Shown: piece after piece, positions 41,339-55,204 of the stretch | Layout of the letters: the number at the start of each line of letters is the position of its first letter | How positions within the stretch are numbered: the first letter of the stretch is position 1 | Assembly (NCBI GenBank): GCA_951406725.2 | Contig: OX597819.1 | Span: 4,092,001 to 4,156,000, forward strand | Length of the DNA: 64,000 nucleotides | Origin: Octopus vulgaris | Taxonomy: Eukaryota | Reading direction: 5' to 3' | Position numbers and translations under genes: made by a program | The notes under the pieces: model-generated | Seen by the model: only the letters and a program-made list of their open reading frames with translations | Told to the model about the DNA's origin: nothing | The model's database searches: none

Positions 41339-42120
41339 CATACATAGATATAATATATATCAGGTCTAAGCTTTAATAGTGTTATAATTCAATTCGTAGT
41401 TGTGTCAGTTACTGTCCGTCATTTTAAAATGGCCACGCGATTGACTAGTATGAATTCGCTTGCCAGACGTTCCAAACTCGGTAAAATCTTCAGATTTGCT
41501 GTCCCCACTCGACATTCCAAACCCGCCAAAATCCTCAGACCTGCTTTCCCCACTCTCAGCATTATTTACTGCAAACTACAGTGATTTCTATTCTTCGCAG
41601 TAGGTTGCTTTTGCACCCTTTCTTCTCAGACACACCCGATCTTTTCCTCTCTTTTCTCATCATACATATTATATAGCAACCTGCCTTGTAGTAGACAACG
41701 TATATAAGCACAACGCTCAGATAAACGAACCTCTGGAATCTTTCACTGCACGAGTTGTTATTTTTTTAGCCACAATTTAGCCACAATTTAGTTCTACCTA
41801 AAGCTTGTCAATTATGACTGTGTTATGTTTATGTTTTGTTTTTTAAAAAAATATTTATGTCCTGGATTTATTTTCATTCAGTAATTGAGACGATAGTGTG
41901 TGATTTGAAGAAAATCTGTCCACCATTTTTCGAATGTCGGTCGCGTTTCCTGCAGGTATCAATCTGTAGCTATGTAACAGGAACATTAATTTCGTCCATA
42001 TCTCTGGTGTAGGAATGTCTGAAAATGACATGCACATAACTACTTCCTCCGTACTAAACTAATAAAGACAACAAATATAAATATATTCGTGTGTGTGTGT
42101 ATGTGTGTGTGTGTGTAGTT

Positions 42121-42295
42121 AATCCAGACATGAACAAAGAGAAAACACAACAACGCGAGGACGTGGAGCAAGTATAGTGTTATTGGACGCTCAGGAAAGG
42201 AAAGAAAGAAAGGATGATTTAATGTTTTAAGCGGAGCTCTTCGTCAGAAACATAGAAAAAGGAAAGAAAATCGCCAATGATACACACGCGGTCAC
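42121..42295 (-). mobile_element. PLE pLTR-like relic with a degenerate hammerhead (42217-42251)
   Basis: Minus: gttt|CTGACGA|agagc tcc gctt|AAAAC; lies between (GT)n and (TA)n. Confidence 0.5.
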
Positions 42296-42312
42296 ATATA
42301 TATATATATATA

Positions 42313-42392
<80 letters not shown>

Positions 42393-42601
42393 TATAATAA
42401 GCGTAGATCGTATACGAGTGGGTATATATTAATAAAAAAGAAGTATATATATATAGAACAACCTCGAAACCACAAGTGTAAACAAGAGAGACAGAACAAG
42501 GCAGAAACAAGGAAAATGCCACTTATATTTGAACACTATACAAATATTCTTTTAAAAATACTTTTCTTTTAATTTTTCTAAATTTAATTACTTAATCGTT
42601 A

Positions 42602-42639
42602 CAGTTGAAAAGGTCTCAAAATGACTGAAACCGGTACTG
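42602..42639 (+). ncRNA. Degenerate hammerhead motif
   Basis: cag|TTGAAAA|ggtc tcaaaat gact|GAAAC CG GTA|ctg; two core substitutions, all three stems retained. Confidence 0.5.
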
Positions 42640-43542
42640 AAATGTTTTTTATATAATTATTTTAGCATTTTCTATTTTGATTTATTTTTTCATATATATA
42701 TATATATATATATATAGTATTCAGAAGTAACCAAAATAACTCGGTTGTTGGAGCATCGTTAAGCATAATACTTTTCATAGTGGATACGGAGGTGGAAATT
42801 AGTCTGGCAGAACTAATTCTTTTCCATCGAACTGAAGTCATCTAATTGAACATACATAGATCCGAACTACCTACACTGTTTCCATATATATGAGCAGTCT
42901 CGTGTCTGCTCATATATATTCAGCATCGTTAGTACGCATCAATCTCTCTCCACGAATGGTACTACCCCAAACACCAGACTTCTCTTTTCATTCCCATGGC
43001 TAAACTTTTCTTCCACTGCTTTTATAATATTATTTCCTTATCGAGACCATCAGTACCTTACTCGGAATGCAACGTTTTAGTTTATACATTGTTAAATTGA
43101 AAAGTATATTAGCTGTTGTGCCTAGACGAAAGGGTATCACTCATAAATTAGTAGTTGCCAATACCACAGTGACCAGTCATAGATGTGTGTGTGTTGACTA
43201 AGTAAAATAATGGGGTTTTTTTTTTCATCTGGTCTATATGTGCAATTATATATGATATAAGATAAAGTTAAAACGATAGTAAAGCATCTGCGGTATGACT
43301 GAAGAAAATATTCAGCAGAATAGATTAATATTTAAATATAGAGCCTTTATACACATAGCATTGATCTAGAACTTTGATGATTGTTTGTTGTTTGTGTATA
43401 AAACCTCTAAGACGTTGATTGATTGCGAAATATCAAATACAGCTCAACTAAATGGAAAACATTTGTTTAATTTCACTCAGACACAGACACACCGACATAC
43501 ATATATGCATCATACACATACATACATACATCATACACATAC

Positions 43543-43688
<146 letters not shown>

Positions 43689-43939
43689 GAAATAAAGTCA
43701 CATTTCTTGTGAATATATCTATGACTTCTAAACCTAAATATATTTTATATATGTGAATTTGTTGATTTCTCCTCAAACAGACTTACACATCACGTGTACG
43801 TGAATACATACATTCGTGCGTGTGTGTGTGTGTGAGTTCCTGTGTCTGTGTGTATGTCTGTATTTGCGTGCGTGTGTGTATGTGCGTGTGTGTGTGCCTG
43901 TGTGTCTGTGTTTGTGTGTAGAGAGAGGGGAAGAGAGAA

Positions 43940-43972
<33 letters not shown>

Positions 43973-44538
43973 GGACACGTTGAGTGACGCAAAAGTATTT
44001 CAAACTGTATATCACTGGCACTTTTATTTGTTTACGACGCACACACACTAAATACACTAAGCACATACACAAACACAACAAACACACGCACGCATACACT
44101 CGCTCACACATACACTCCAAGAAGAGCATGTAACTCTCTGTGCCTCTATTTGCTTAACTGTTGGAAACCGACTCCAGACATTCTAAGTGTTACTGGTGTC
44201 TTATCCACAAACAAATTTAAATTCTCATCTACTTACTGCTACTGAATTCTGGGACTGCGAACCTATTAACATTGTAGACAGATTTGTCGTGTTTATATAC
44301 ATATGAGTGAATATATGAGTGTATGGCCGTATGTATAAAATCTCATTACCTAGGTACGATCTATATGAAGTCTAAATATAAAATCATGAAATCACACACA
44401 ATTTACTGAGTCAGTGATTTTAATGAAAATTCCTTCAATATTCTAATATACGAATATCAATATTAATGTATCTATCTTATTGATAATTGAAATTATTACA
44501 TTAATGTCATTAAGTGATAATGTTCACATGAAATATAA

Positions 44539-44580
<42 letters not shown>

Positions 44581-44660
44581 CAGATATGTTTATACATACA
44601 TATAAATATATTTATGCATATATAAATACATACACACACGTACACACTCAAACGCACATA

Positions 44661-44720
<60 letters not shown>

Positions 44721-45353
44721 ATATTTGCCACCTAAATATGGCTAACCACCAAGGGGGGATGATACTGTAGCTTGTAGCCCCAGGAGAACATCTTCTCCAG
44801 CTGGCTATTGACACACTTTCTGTGCCCTATCAGTATTTGCAAAGGGAAGCCATCCTCCCCATCGTCGACCTTGCGTGATACGCACGGACCCGGGTTTCTG
44901 GATATTTACACGTCGTCAGCGCACGACAATCACCGGTCTTCGATGCGAAGGGGTCCCAATGCAAATACATATTTCCTTTTTCCAGTGACGAAAAGTCACT
45001 GATCTCGAAAAAGTGTAAACATGCAATAATAAATCTCTGAACGGGGTACAAGCAGTAGCTGCACAAGAATTAAGTAGCAATAGCATTACCTTTAATTCTA
45101 TAATTATATACCGCCTTTTAAGACACATGTTTCAAATGCACCGATTATTAATCGTTGCAATTGTAACCCTACAATAAAACGGAGTCTTAACTTAATATCT
45201 CTCGGTATGGCCGTTTAATGATTTTCTTTTATAAACTCTGCGTTGTACAATGTACAGCTGCCCGTTAAGTCAGATGCGAACAATCTCTATTTCAAGTTCT
45301 TATTCGATGTTCGTTTTCAGTCCATCAATTCAAAACCTTGTATAGTTTAAATC

Positions 45354-45426
<73 letters not shown>

Positions 45427-45885
45427 CCTATGCTCGCTTTCTTCAACTCTTTTGATGTCGCATGATCAGAAGGTTCGAGGTACGTAGCATTTGATAAATC
45501 TATTTTAATGGAGAGTTGCGCTGATGAAAGCTATGAAATATATATGCAATATATATTCAAAATATATATGAAATATATATTCAATATATTTGTTTTCTTT
45601 ATTTATTCCTTCTGTTTTGCATATATGAATTACAGGGATATGTCGTATGTGGAGTCCCATTGGTAGAAAATAGAAATAAACAGTCTTGACTGCTATTTCT
45701 AATTTTTCGGTATGCGGCCAAGCAACCTGTTGCCTGCCCCATTTATTTATGTACAATATATATACTGAATTTTACAGAAGTTCCTACCGTTAATCGGTTA
45801 TATTTACATACCGAATTCTACCAGTAAATAATTGTTGGTTTTTTTAAAAACCATTATAGAAATTATTTACTCTTATTATTATTAT

Positions 45886-45932
<47 letters not shown>

Positions 45933-45936
45933 GATA

Positions 45937-46150
45937 AAGACGGCGAGCTGCCATAGTCGTTAGCACAGTGGACGAAATGCTTAGCGGTATTTCGCCCGTC
46001 GCCACGTTCTAAGTTCAAATTGCGCCGAGGTCGACCTTGCCTTCCATCCTTTCAGGGTCGATAAATTAAGGACTAGTGAAATTCAGGATCGATGCAATCG
46101 ACTAGTCCCCTCTCCCAAAACTTCGGGCCTAGTGCCTATAGTAGAAAGGA
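45937..46150 (+). mobile_element. SINE family B, full length
   Basis: gacggcgagctg..gccgaggtcgaccttgccttccatcctttcagggtcgataaattaag..gtgcctatagtagaaagga. Confidence 0.9.
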
Positions 46151-46179
46151 TATATATACATACATACATATATATATAC

Positions 46180-46251
<72 letters not shown>

Positions 46252-46679
46252 CCTGTGTATATATGTTTGCCTATATACACACACGAAAAATATTTCCAAA
46301 TATATATATTTACATAGCACAATATAATGTACGAATGTTTATATATGTATGTACGATATATATGATATACAGATACATTTATGTGTAAATATATATATAT
46401 AGATATATTGTTGTATACATAATTGTCATCACGTTCGTGTTTCTTCATCGTTACTCCTCATCAGCTACACACATTGAATCTACTTACGAAGTGTAGTGAC
46501 GCAACAACACCTGCCTTGCAGATTGATGATCTTACTTCTGGTCCAACTTCCTTTATTTTTAAACACATTGCACACATTTCTCTTCCAAAACAGTTGCTGC
46601 ACCAAAATTCTTTCTATGTTTCGCTGTATTCGAGTTGAGCCAAACACAGAAAGACTTTTGGTGAGGTAACTGTCTTGGA

Positions 46680-46925
46680 AGAGTTTCTCTCTTCATTGCC
46701 CACATTCTTGTAAATTCGTTGTATAATAACTTGTATTTTACCATCTTCTCCAGGCATGGCAACATCTTTTAGTCCTCATTTCCTTTCTTTTATCCACTAC
46801 AACAACGTCTGGTCTCCGAGCATCAATTGATGAATCACATAGGATTGTAAAATCCCATGAGAGCTTCTACTCATTATCTTCAGTGACGCGTTCTAGTTCA
46901 TGATCGTACCATTTCCGTCTTCTTT
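46680..46925 (-). pseudogene. Second R4/Dong-like RLE endonuclease fragment
   Basis: RRKWYDHELERVTEDNE*KLSWDFTILCDSSIDARRPDVVVVDK..DVAMPG..KYKLLYNEFTRMWAMK. Confidence 0.8.
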
Positions 46926-47029
46926 AAAGATTATACTTAGCCGTTTTGTCGTACTTCTTTTTGTATCCCCTGAAAATTATTAGCCTCATTTTTGTAAACT
47001 GGGGGATACATGTGTTGTAGTGGAAGAAA

Positions 47030-47290
47030 TGCTGCTTCCATACGCCCTTAATATTTAAAGAAGCAGGGGTGTGTACCAAGCAATGTTTTTCCTCACACTT
47101 TTACTATGGAATCGTGAGATTGTGGTATTCCTGGTGGATATCTGGCATCTAGTTTTCATCCTGATATTATTTATCGTGTGAGTGCTCTTTTGTTTAGGAT
47201 TGCGTACGGGGATTTGTTCGGTAAAATATTTGTTATGGAGTAGAAGATTAAGGTAGGTGTTACTATCTATATATAGTCAGTTGGGTTCCT
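47030..47290 (-). pseudogene. Possible PLE RT-EN linker remnant
   Basis: RKNIAWYTP resembles the PLE linker RKRNIIWFNPP and KYFTEQIP resembles IIKQIP; heavily degraded. Confidence 0.3.
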
Positions 47291-47437
47291 ATACTGGATT
47301 CGAAAACATTGTGCATGATCTCTGAGAGATTAGACTCAGGAGTTAGCTGGGCTAAATAATTCTAAAGCTTCGAACTCGATAAAAATAGCATTTCGTCAGC
47401 TTCTTTATAAGGATAGAGCTTCTTAATAGGGATATAA

Positions 47438-47485
<48 letters not shown>

Positions 47486-47542
47486 CTCTATCTCTCTGTC
47501 TGTCTGCCTGTCTGCCTGTTTGTCTGTCTATTTATCTATATC

Positions 47543-47588
<46 letters not shown>

Positions 47589-47617
47589 TTTGTGGTATAT
47601 ATATATATATATATATA

Positions 47618-47922
47618 TACCACAAACTTTCCCGTCGTTAGACGATGTATAAGGGCCCGGCAATTTCTTGCCGAGCAACCAAACAGATGATTTGTGTATA
47701 GTGATCAAATGTTTCTGTCTAGGTAAGTTTACTCCCTCTTTCAAATCGACATTGCCTGTACATGTGCACCGTGTCCCATATGTTGGCAGATGACAATGAT
47801 CGCAGAGCAACGTGAAATGAGCTGTTTTGCTCAAGAACACAATGCAACGCCCGGTCTGGGAATCGAAACCACGATCTCGCAATCCTGAGTGCAACAACCT
47901 AACCACTAAACCATGAGACTTC
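47618..47922 (-). mobile_element. SINE family D with an alternative 3' tail
   Basis: gagcaacgtgaaatgagctgttttgctcaagaacacaatgc..gggaatcgaaaccacg shared with 12153-12401; distal part differs. Confidence 0.75.
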
Positions 47923-48142
47923 ACTATTTATATATATATATATTTAAAAAAAGGAGATGTGGAACACGAGTTGTGATATATAAAAAAAAGGAAATGAAGA
48001 AAATGCTGACAAAATAATCTAAGTAAGGGAGAGTGTATTTAATTAGGTGAAAGTTCTTTTTACCGGTTGCGCATTTGTTATGCTCATCAAAAGATATTTT
48101 TTTAAGAGAGATAGAGTTCCTTTCTGATAGATTTTTTTCTCT

Positions 48143-48559
<417 letters not shown>

Positions 48560-48695
48560 TACACATGTATTAGAATTTTCTCTGATTTTTCAGATTTTTG
48601 TATGCTAGACTACTGGTTTTAAATTAATATCAATTTATCTCCCTCATTATTTAAATATATATATTAGAAGGTTTAGAGATGATGTACAGGTATTT

Positions 48696-49012
<317 letters not shown>

Positions 49013-49038
49013 GTGTGTGTGTGTGTATATATATATAT

Positions 49039-49079
<41 letters not shown>

Positions 49080-49459
49080 TGGGGGGATAAAGACAGACGG
49101 AGAGAAAGAGAGAGAAAAGCATAAATACATACATGCATATATGTATGCATACGTGCATATATGCATGCATACATGCATGCGTATACATATACACACACAT
49201 AGTAAAGCATATATTTATAATGCATGTATTATTTTTTATTTAGGCAAGAGGCCAACAATATTAAAGGTGGGTGTGTAGTCGATTACGTCATCCCGAATAC
49301 TTAAGTGTTACTTTGTTATATCGACACTGGAAGGATGAAAGGCAATGTTGATCTAAAGATGTGCGTGTGTGTGTGAATGTATGTATATTCGTGTGTATTT
49401 GCGTGTGTGTGCACATGTACGTGTCTTTGTGGAAGGGAAAACATCGACAGTTATATATG

Positions 49460-49531
<72 letters not shown>

Positions 49532-49969
49532 GGAAATGCATGATATTTATGTGGGTGTATATATATATATATATATACGTGTGTATGTTTGTGTGCTTGT
49601 GTATGCATTTATAAAATATATATAAATATGAATAAGTTTTATATTTATAATGTTATATCTACATTTCTTTTGTATGTGCGTGTGTGTGTGTGTGCGTGTG
49701 TGTGTGCATGTGTGTGTGTGTGTGTGTGTTGTGTTGTGTTGTGTGTTAAGCTTAAGAAGAGCTGATAGAACATGAAATGAGAGAGAGAAGAAAAGTTATT
49801 TTGGGCAACAAGTGAGAACTGCTCCGTCACTTCATGTTTGCTTATCTTTCTGCCATCCATTGAATGAATCCTCTCATTTATATTCAATTCATAGAGATGG
49901 ATGCTCTGAATATGAAGCTAACGCAAACACGTGTTAAATGCATTTACAATTTATGGTGATTTTAATTTT

Positions 49970-50027
<58 letters not shown>

Positions 50028-50455
50028 ACATATTTATACACACACACACATATATATATATATATGTATGTATATGTATATGTATATACATACATATATA
50101 TATATATATACGTACATATATGTATATATATATATATATATCTTTTTAAATACACACGCACCAAGATACACACATAAATATACACACAAACACACACACA
50201 CACCTTTTTTATTCTTTATATAATTACATAAACATATTTAAATGTAGGTATAAAGAAATCTATCTATTTATATTAAAATTTACGTGTAAGCCATATCTAT
50301 CTTAATCTAATCATTTAAATCATGCAAAATGTTCTCATTTGTGTTAATAAATAACAATGCGTAGAGTTCATAAATGCAGATTTGCAATTTCCTTATATTG
50401 TAAGACTAAAGGCTTTACATCACAACAGAAATTTAAAGGGATGCATTTGCTAAGG

Positions 50456-50505
<50 letters not shown>

Positions 50506-50666
50506 TAAATAATTAGGGTTCAGCAAATATTTGCTTCATAGCAGCCAAAAAACGTTAGCTTATTTCTTCTACTTTAAAAAGGGACTCCCAGAAAAACCCA
50601 AATACTTGAAAACAATCCACACAGGCAGAGAGGAAGAAGTAACGAAAATCAATCAATATCTGGTCA

Positions 50667-50749
50667 CCTATGGACGCGCGTTTCGGAATTAGGTTGGAAT
50701 GAAGAATATAGAATTATACTTTACCGACCGTTTTCCTCTTCAGCATAGG
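50667..50749 (-). ncRNA. Type-I hammerhead ribozyme, canonical core with GUC site
   Basis: Minus: cctatg|CTGAAGA|ggaa..extended stem II..ttcc|GAAAC GCGC GTC|catagg; 6-bp stem I, palindrome ACGCGCGT; predicted cut between 50673 and 50672. Confidence 0.88.
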
Positions 50750-51040
50750 ACCCCATCAATAATTAAGTATTGAAATATTAAATTGGAAGGTACTAGAATA
50801 ATTGAACATATCTCTCCACCTAACGGTGACAGATAATATTCAGTGTTAGTATCGCCGAATTCAAAACATGAATGAGGTTCAATCACCCTCCCCTGCCCGC
50901 CCTCGTGTGTCTACAAGTAAACTACTACAGAAAAAAATATGTAGCTTGTTATCAGGGAGAAAATATTTAATTATATATATGTCTACATATATGTATAAAT
51001 ATATATACAAGTATATAATATATATACGTATATATATATG

Positions 51041-51085
<45 letters not shown>

Positions 51086-51096
51086 GTATATATATG

Positions 51097-51161
<65 letters not shown>

Positions 51162-51624
51162 AAACGAGATGATGAACAATTATCTGACGAACTTCATCCG
51201 CTTACAGCTGTTTCTGCTATGCGATGAAGTGAAACTCATGGTGAGTGCCAGATTAAAAGCTGTAAAACCTATAACTATACCATAAAAAGTGTTACTAAGG
51301 AACTCAAATATGACCCCACTGAATCTGATAGCAGAAACTGGTGTAACGTAATGAACTTCATAGATAATTATTTATTTTTTCGTCTTTTCATGTTCTTATT
51401 AACGTTCTGTACTCGTCTAATATTTCATTCTGAAGTATGTTGTGTATTGAGTTTTTACACCAGGTTGTATATGCATAAGCTGGGAAGTGAATGGAATGTC
51501 TGGTCTGTGTCTCGTTGTGGCTATCCGTCGTAAAAAAAAGGGGGAAATAGGGGGAAATATATGTATGAATATATGTATATATGTATATATATATACGAGA
51601 AAGAAGCAACAAGAATGGATTAGT

Positions 51625-51715
51625 TTTTAGTACAATTGTTTCATACAAAGACAGGCTTTATTACAAGTTGCAAAAATTGCAGCAGATAAAAGTGTCCCGT
51701 ACTCATCAGCTAAAA
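51625..51715 (-). ncRNA. Type-I hammerhead ribozyme, canonical core with GUA site
   Basis: Minus: ttttag|CTGATGA|gtacgggac..gtctttgtat|GAAAC AATT GTA|ctaaaa; 6-bp stem I, palindrome ACAATTGT. Confidence 0.85.
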
Positions 51716-51865
51716 TACATATGAGTTCTCCAAACATCTTAGTGGGTGAGGTTATACTCATGAAATATTGGAGATAATTTCATTAAAGGCAGAATTAGGT
51801 TGCAAACAGATTTCCAAATTATTATCATCATATTATATATATATATATATTTATATGTATATATG

Positions 51866-51949
<84 letters not shown>

Positions 51950-52057
51950 ATATGATGATAATAATTTTTGCGAAGGTTTTGAGGAACATCGGTACCCTTG
52001 AGATAAATAAGTAGGCTTTGATGAGATGCGGGTTAAGAATCTTCTTCGTTGGCTACT

Positions 52058-52150
52058 GAATTTCGTTATTTTGGATACAGAATTTCCTTCACTGTCCGCA
52101 GAATTTCATTTTGTGGTAAGAGAATTTCCTTGTTTGGCCACAGAATTTCT
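52058..52150. repeat. Degenerate 21-bp minisatellite (gaatttc at 52058, 52080, 52101, 52122, 52143)
   Basis: Periodic motif seen directly; a minus frame gives EIL heptads. Confidence 0.6.
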
Positions 52151-53432
52151 CATTCCCCGCAGTTGCTCTGATCTTCACACATTTGCTTAGCTTCCTCAGT
52201 ACAACGACTCCCTCTCACTCTGTGGGTCCTATCCCTGCTTTGAAACACTCACTGGGGGCTTCTCTGCCTCTTTTGCCCCGGTTAAGCTCGATGTATACGC
52301 ATATACTTGTGTGTGTGTGTAGGTAAATGTTGAACTATGTCAGTCCTTTGCAATAGAAAACGTCCACTAGATCTGACCATAGCTTGTTTCGTCAAAAACA
52401 TTACCATCAGCACTGAACTACTAATTTTTTATTGACTCCAAATATATCAAAGGTAAAGTTCAGTTCAGCGGAATTTGAACTCAGAGTACATAGGCTCAGA
52501 GATAATTCCCCTGCGATTTTTATCCGATGCTCTAACGAAACTACTAGTTTGTCACCTTTGTGTTACAACTCTATTAGAGAATTACTACATAATTTGTGCA
52601 CTTTTGCCTACTTCACATACAGACTGGTGAAATTCATCTCATTTTCCCTGTAATTCACGATTGACACATTTCTGTCATCTTCATTTTCTGTACTTGTAAT
52701 ATGTAAATCAAACCTGCCCTTGTCGATAGTACCTAAGTATGGTTTACTACTACTACTACTCTCTCTCTCTCTCTCCCTCTCTCTCCCTCCCCATCTCCCC
52801 CCTCTCACTCTCTCGCTCTGGGCAAGTGGTGAACTTTAACTGCGCTGTTACCTAGTATTCGGTTATCTAATACCCAGTGCGAAACCGAACGGAAAAGGTG
52901 GCTGAAATGAATCTATAATACTGTATACTGGAAATATTGGAATACTCAGTGTGTGCGTCGGTATGTGTGTGTGCAGTTTTATGAAATTTTCCATATCGTC
53001 TGTTTCTTGCGTATTCCTATAGAGATCTATAAAATGATACCGTTTTTAACTCCTGTATAGACCATGTGGCAAACGCTTGTTGGCGTTCAACCAACACTCG
53101 AAATATATAGTCGAATTACAGACTTCCATATTTTATCAGTTTCATAAACAACACGAATTTTTGATATGCTATTCTATCATAATTTCCTCTCTGAATAACG
53201 AAAGAATGGCAGAAATATAGGTCAGTAGCCTCTACAAGATATTTGTATTATATAATGGTTTTTCTAGCGTATTATAACGACTCCATTGCCATTTGCAACA
53301 ATGAAACACATTGCAATAAATAATTCAATATGTCCACGCAAATTACGATTTATTCTTCCTTCATTCAGATGTTATATAATGGCGATTTGGACTCATTATT
53401 CAAACATAAATCCGTATGTGAATATGTATGAA

Positions 53433-53489
<57 letters not shown>

Positions 53490-53556
53490 ATTTATGTATG
53501 TATGTATGTATGTATGTATGTATGTATTTATGTATGTATGTATGCGTGTGTGTATG

Positions 53557-53607
<51 letters not shown>

Positions 53608-53888
53608 GTATGCATGCATGTATTAATGTATGTAAGCATGTATGTATGTATATGTATATATATGTGTCTATACATATGTGCGTATATGTGCATATGTATG
53701 TATGTAAGCATGTATGCATGTATGTATATGTGTATATGTATGTATGTAGGTATGTATGTAAGCGTGTATGCATGTATATGTATATATATGTGTGTATATA
53801 TATGTGTGTATATATACGTGTGTGTATATATATATGTGTGTGTGTGCGTGCGTGTTTACATATAATTGTAGTTAATGAGATCATGCAC

Positions 53889-53927
<39 letters not shown>

Positions 53928-53929
53928 TA

Positions 53930-54190
53930 TCTCTTCTATTTTTTATTCGTTTCAGCCATTTTAGACGTACGAATCCCATCCCCAATACTTCTTTCATTTT
54001 GAAACCTGGTACTCATTCTATTACAACCGTTTTGCTGAACTGCTAAGCAACAGAGATATAAACACACCAACACCGGTTGTCAAGCTGTGGCAGGGGAGAA
54101 AAAATTCCACTACAGTGACACACACGCACACACAAAAACATATATACTACGGGTTTCATTCAGTTTTTATCTGCCAAATCCAATCACAAA
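53930..54190 (-). mobile_element. SINE family A, degenerate
   Basis: ttttgctgaactgctaag..aacacaccaacaccggttgtcaag..ctgccaaatccaatcacaaag. Confidence 0.7.
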
Positions 54191-54200
54191 GTAATACACG

Positions 54201-54235
<35 letters not shown>

Positions 54236-54625
54236 GCACACACACACACAGAACCCTAATTCTCAAGTACAATTAGTATGGCTTAGTGTCGCCCACCTAA
54301 TTACACTTACAACTTAAGTGTTAACTCGACGCTGAAGATGGCATGCAGTAGTCGCAGGGCGAAGTTCTTCGACATTTGGTCATTCTGCGCCTGCTTGTTG
54401 CATGATGTGGAATCAAGCCTGGGAGTGATAAAGTGGTAATTAGTAACTCCAAGGAATAAAAGCCACTAGATTTTGTGTGTAAATAAGCACAGATTGGCTA
54501 CTTTGTTTCTCTGAGATTGGTCACGAGATGGAGGCACTTCTTATGAAATCCCGGTAAGGGTAGAAAATCTACGGAGAGGTAGAGAAAATTGACATGTTTG
54601 CATTTCTACTATGGATGTCTACATC

Positions 54626-54657
<32 letters not shown>

Positions 54658-54714
54658 TGTATGTATTATGTAAGTATGTATGTACGCATGTATGTATGTA
54701 TATATGTATGTATG

Positions 54715-55040
54715 CCTGGCTGTGCGATAAGAAGTTTGCTTTCCAACTACATAGTTCCGAGTTCAGTCCAACTGCATGGTATTTTGGGTGAATGTCTTGT
54801 ACTATAGCCTCGGGCCCACCAAAACCTTACGAAGGGATTTGGTGGGACGGAAACTGAATGAAATTCATTGCATGTGTGTGTGCGCGCGCGCGTGCTTAAC
54901 AACTGGTGATGGTATGATTACATCCCTGTAACTTAGCGGTTCGCCGAAGAAACCAATAGAATAGGTACCAGACTTTAAAAAAATTCTTCAAGACGGTGCA
55001 TAAGCAACGCCGCTGTCTAATAATCGAAACAAATACAAGA
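54715..55040 (+). mobile_element. SINE family A, degenerate
   Basis: ggctgtgcgataagaagtttgc..actatagcctcgggcc..gtaacttagcggttcg. Confidence 0.75.
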
Positions 55041-55159
55041 AAAGAAATTATATATATATGCTTGCATAAGATATGTTGTGAATTTATGGAAAGAAATCCC
55101 ATAAAATTCAAAAATTTGGCTAAAAATGGAGAAGAGATGTTAAAATATATAAGAGAATG

Positions 55160-55204
<45 letters not shown>

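Noticed and set aside
42884-42919. Small hairpins (14-bp arms here; 10-bp arms at 14784-14806)
   Set aside because: Short and partly built from TA repeats; no supporting context.
44716-44815. Possible HDV-like ribozyme on minus (tcccccc loop, ggagaa/ttctcc hairpin, ggcaaa)
   Set aside because: I could not build a consistent P1/P1.1/P3 nested pseudoknot by eye; it needs a descriptor search.
46425-46465. CTGATGA...GAAAC on minus after the LINE fragment
   Set aside because: No stem II and the triplet is GUG.
52058-52150. Regularly spaced short repeats as a CRISPR-like array
   Set aside because: The repeat is only about 7-9 bp with about 13-bp spacers, the context is eukaryotic, and there are no cas genes.
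53286-54002. Longest ORF in the track (238 aa) and similar 100-210 aa ORFs
   Set aside because: Stop-free only because they run through (TA)n, (CA)n or (TACA)n; low-complexity IYIY/CVCV/HTHT peptides.
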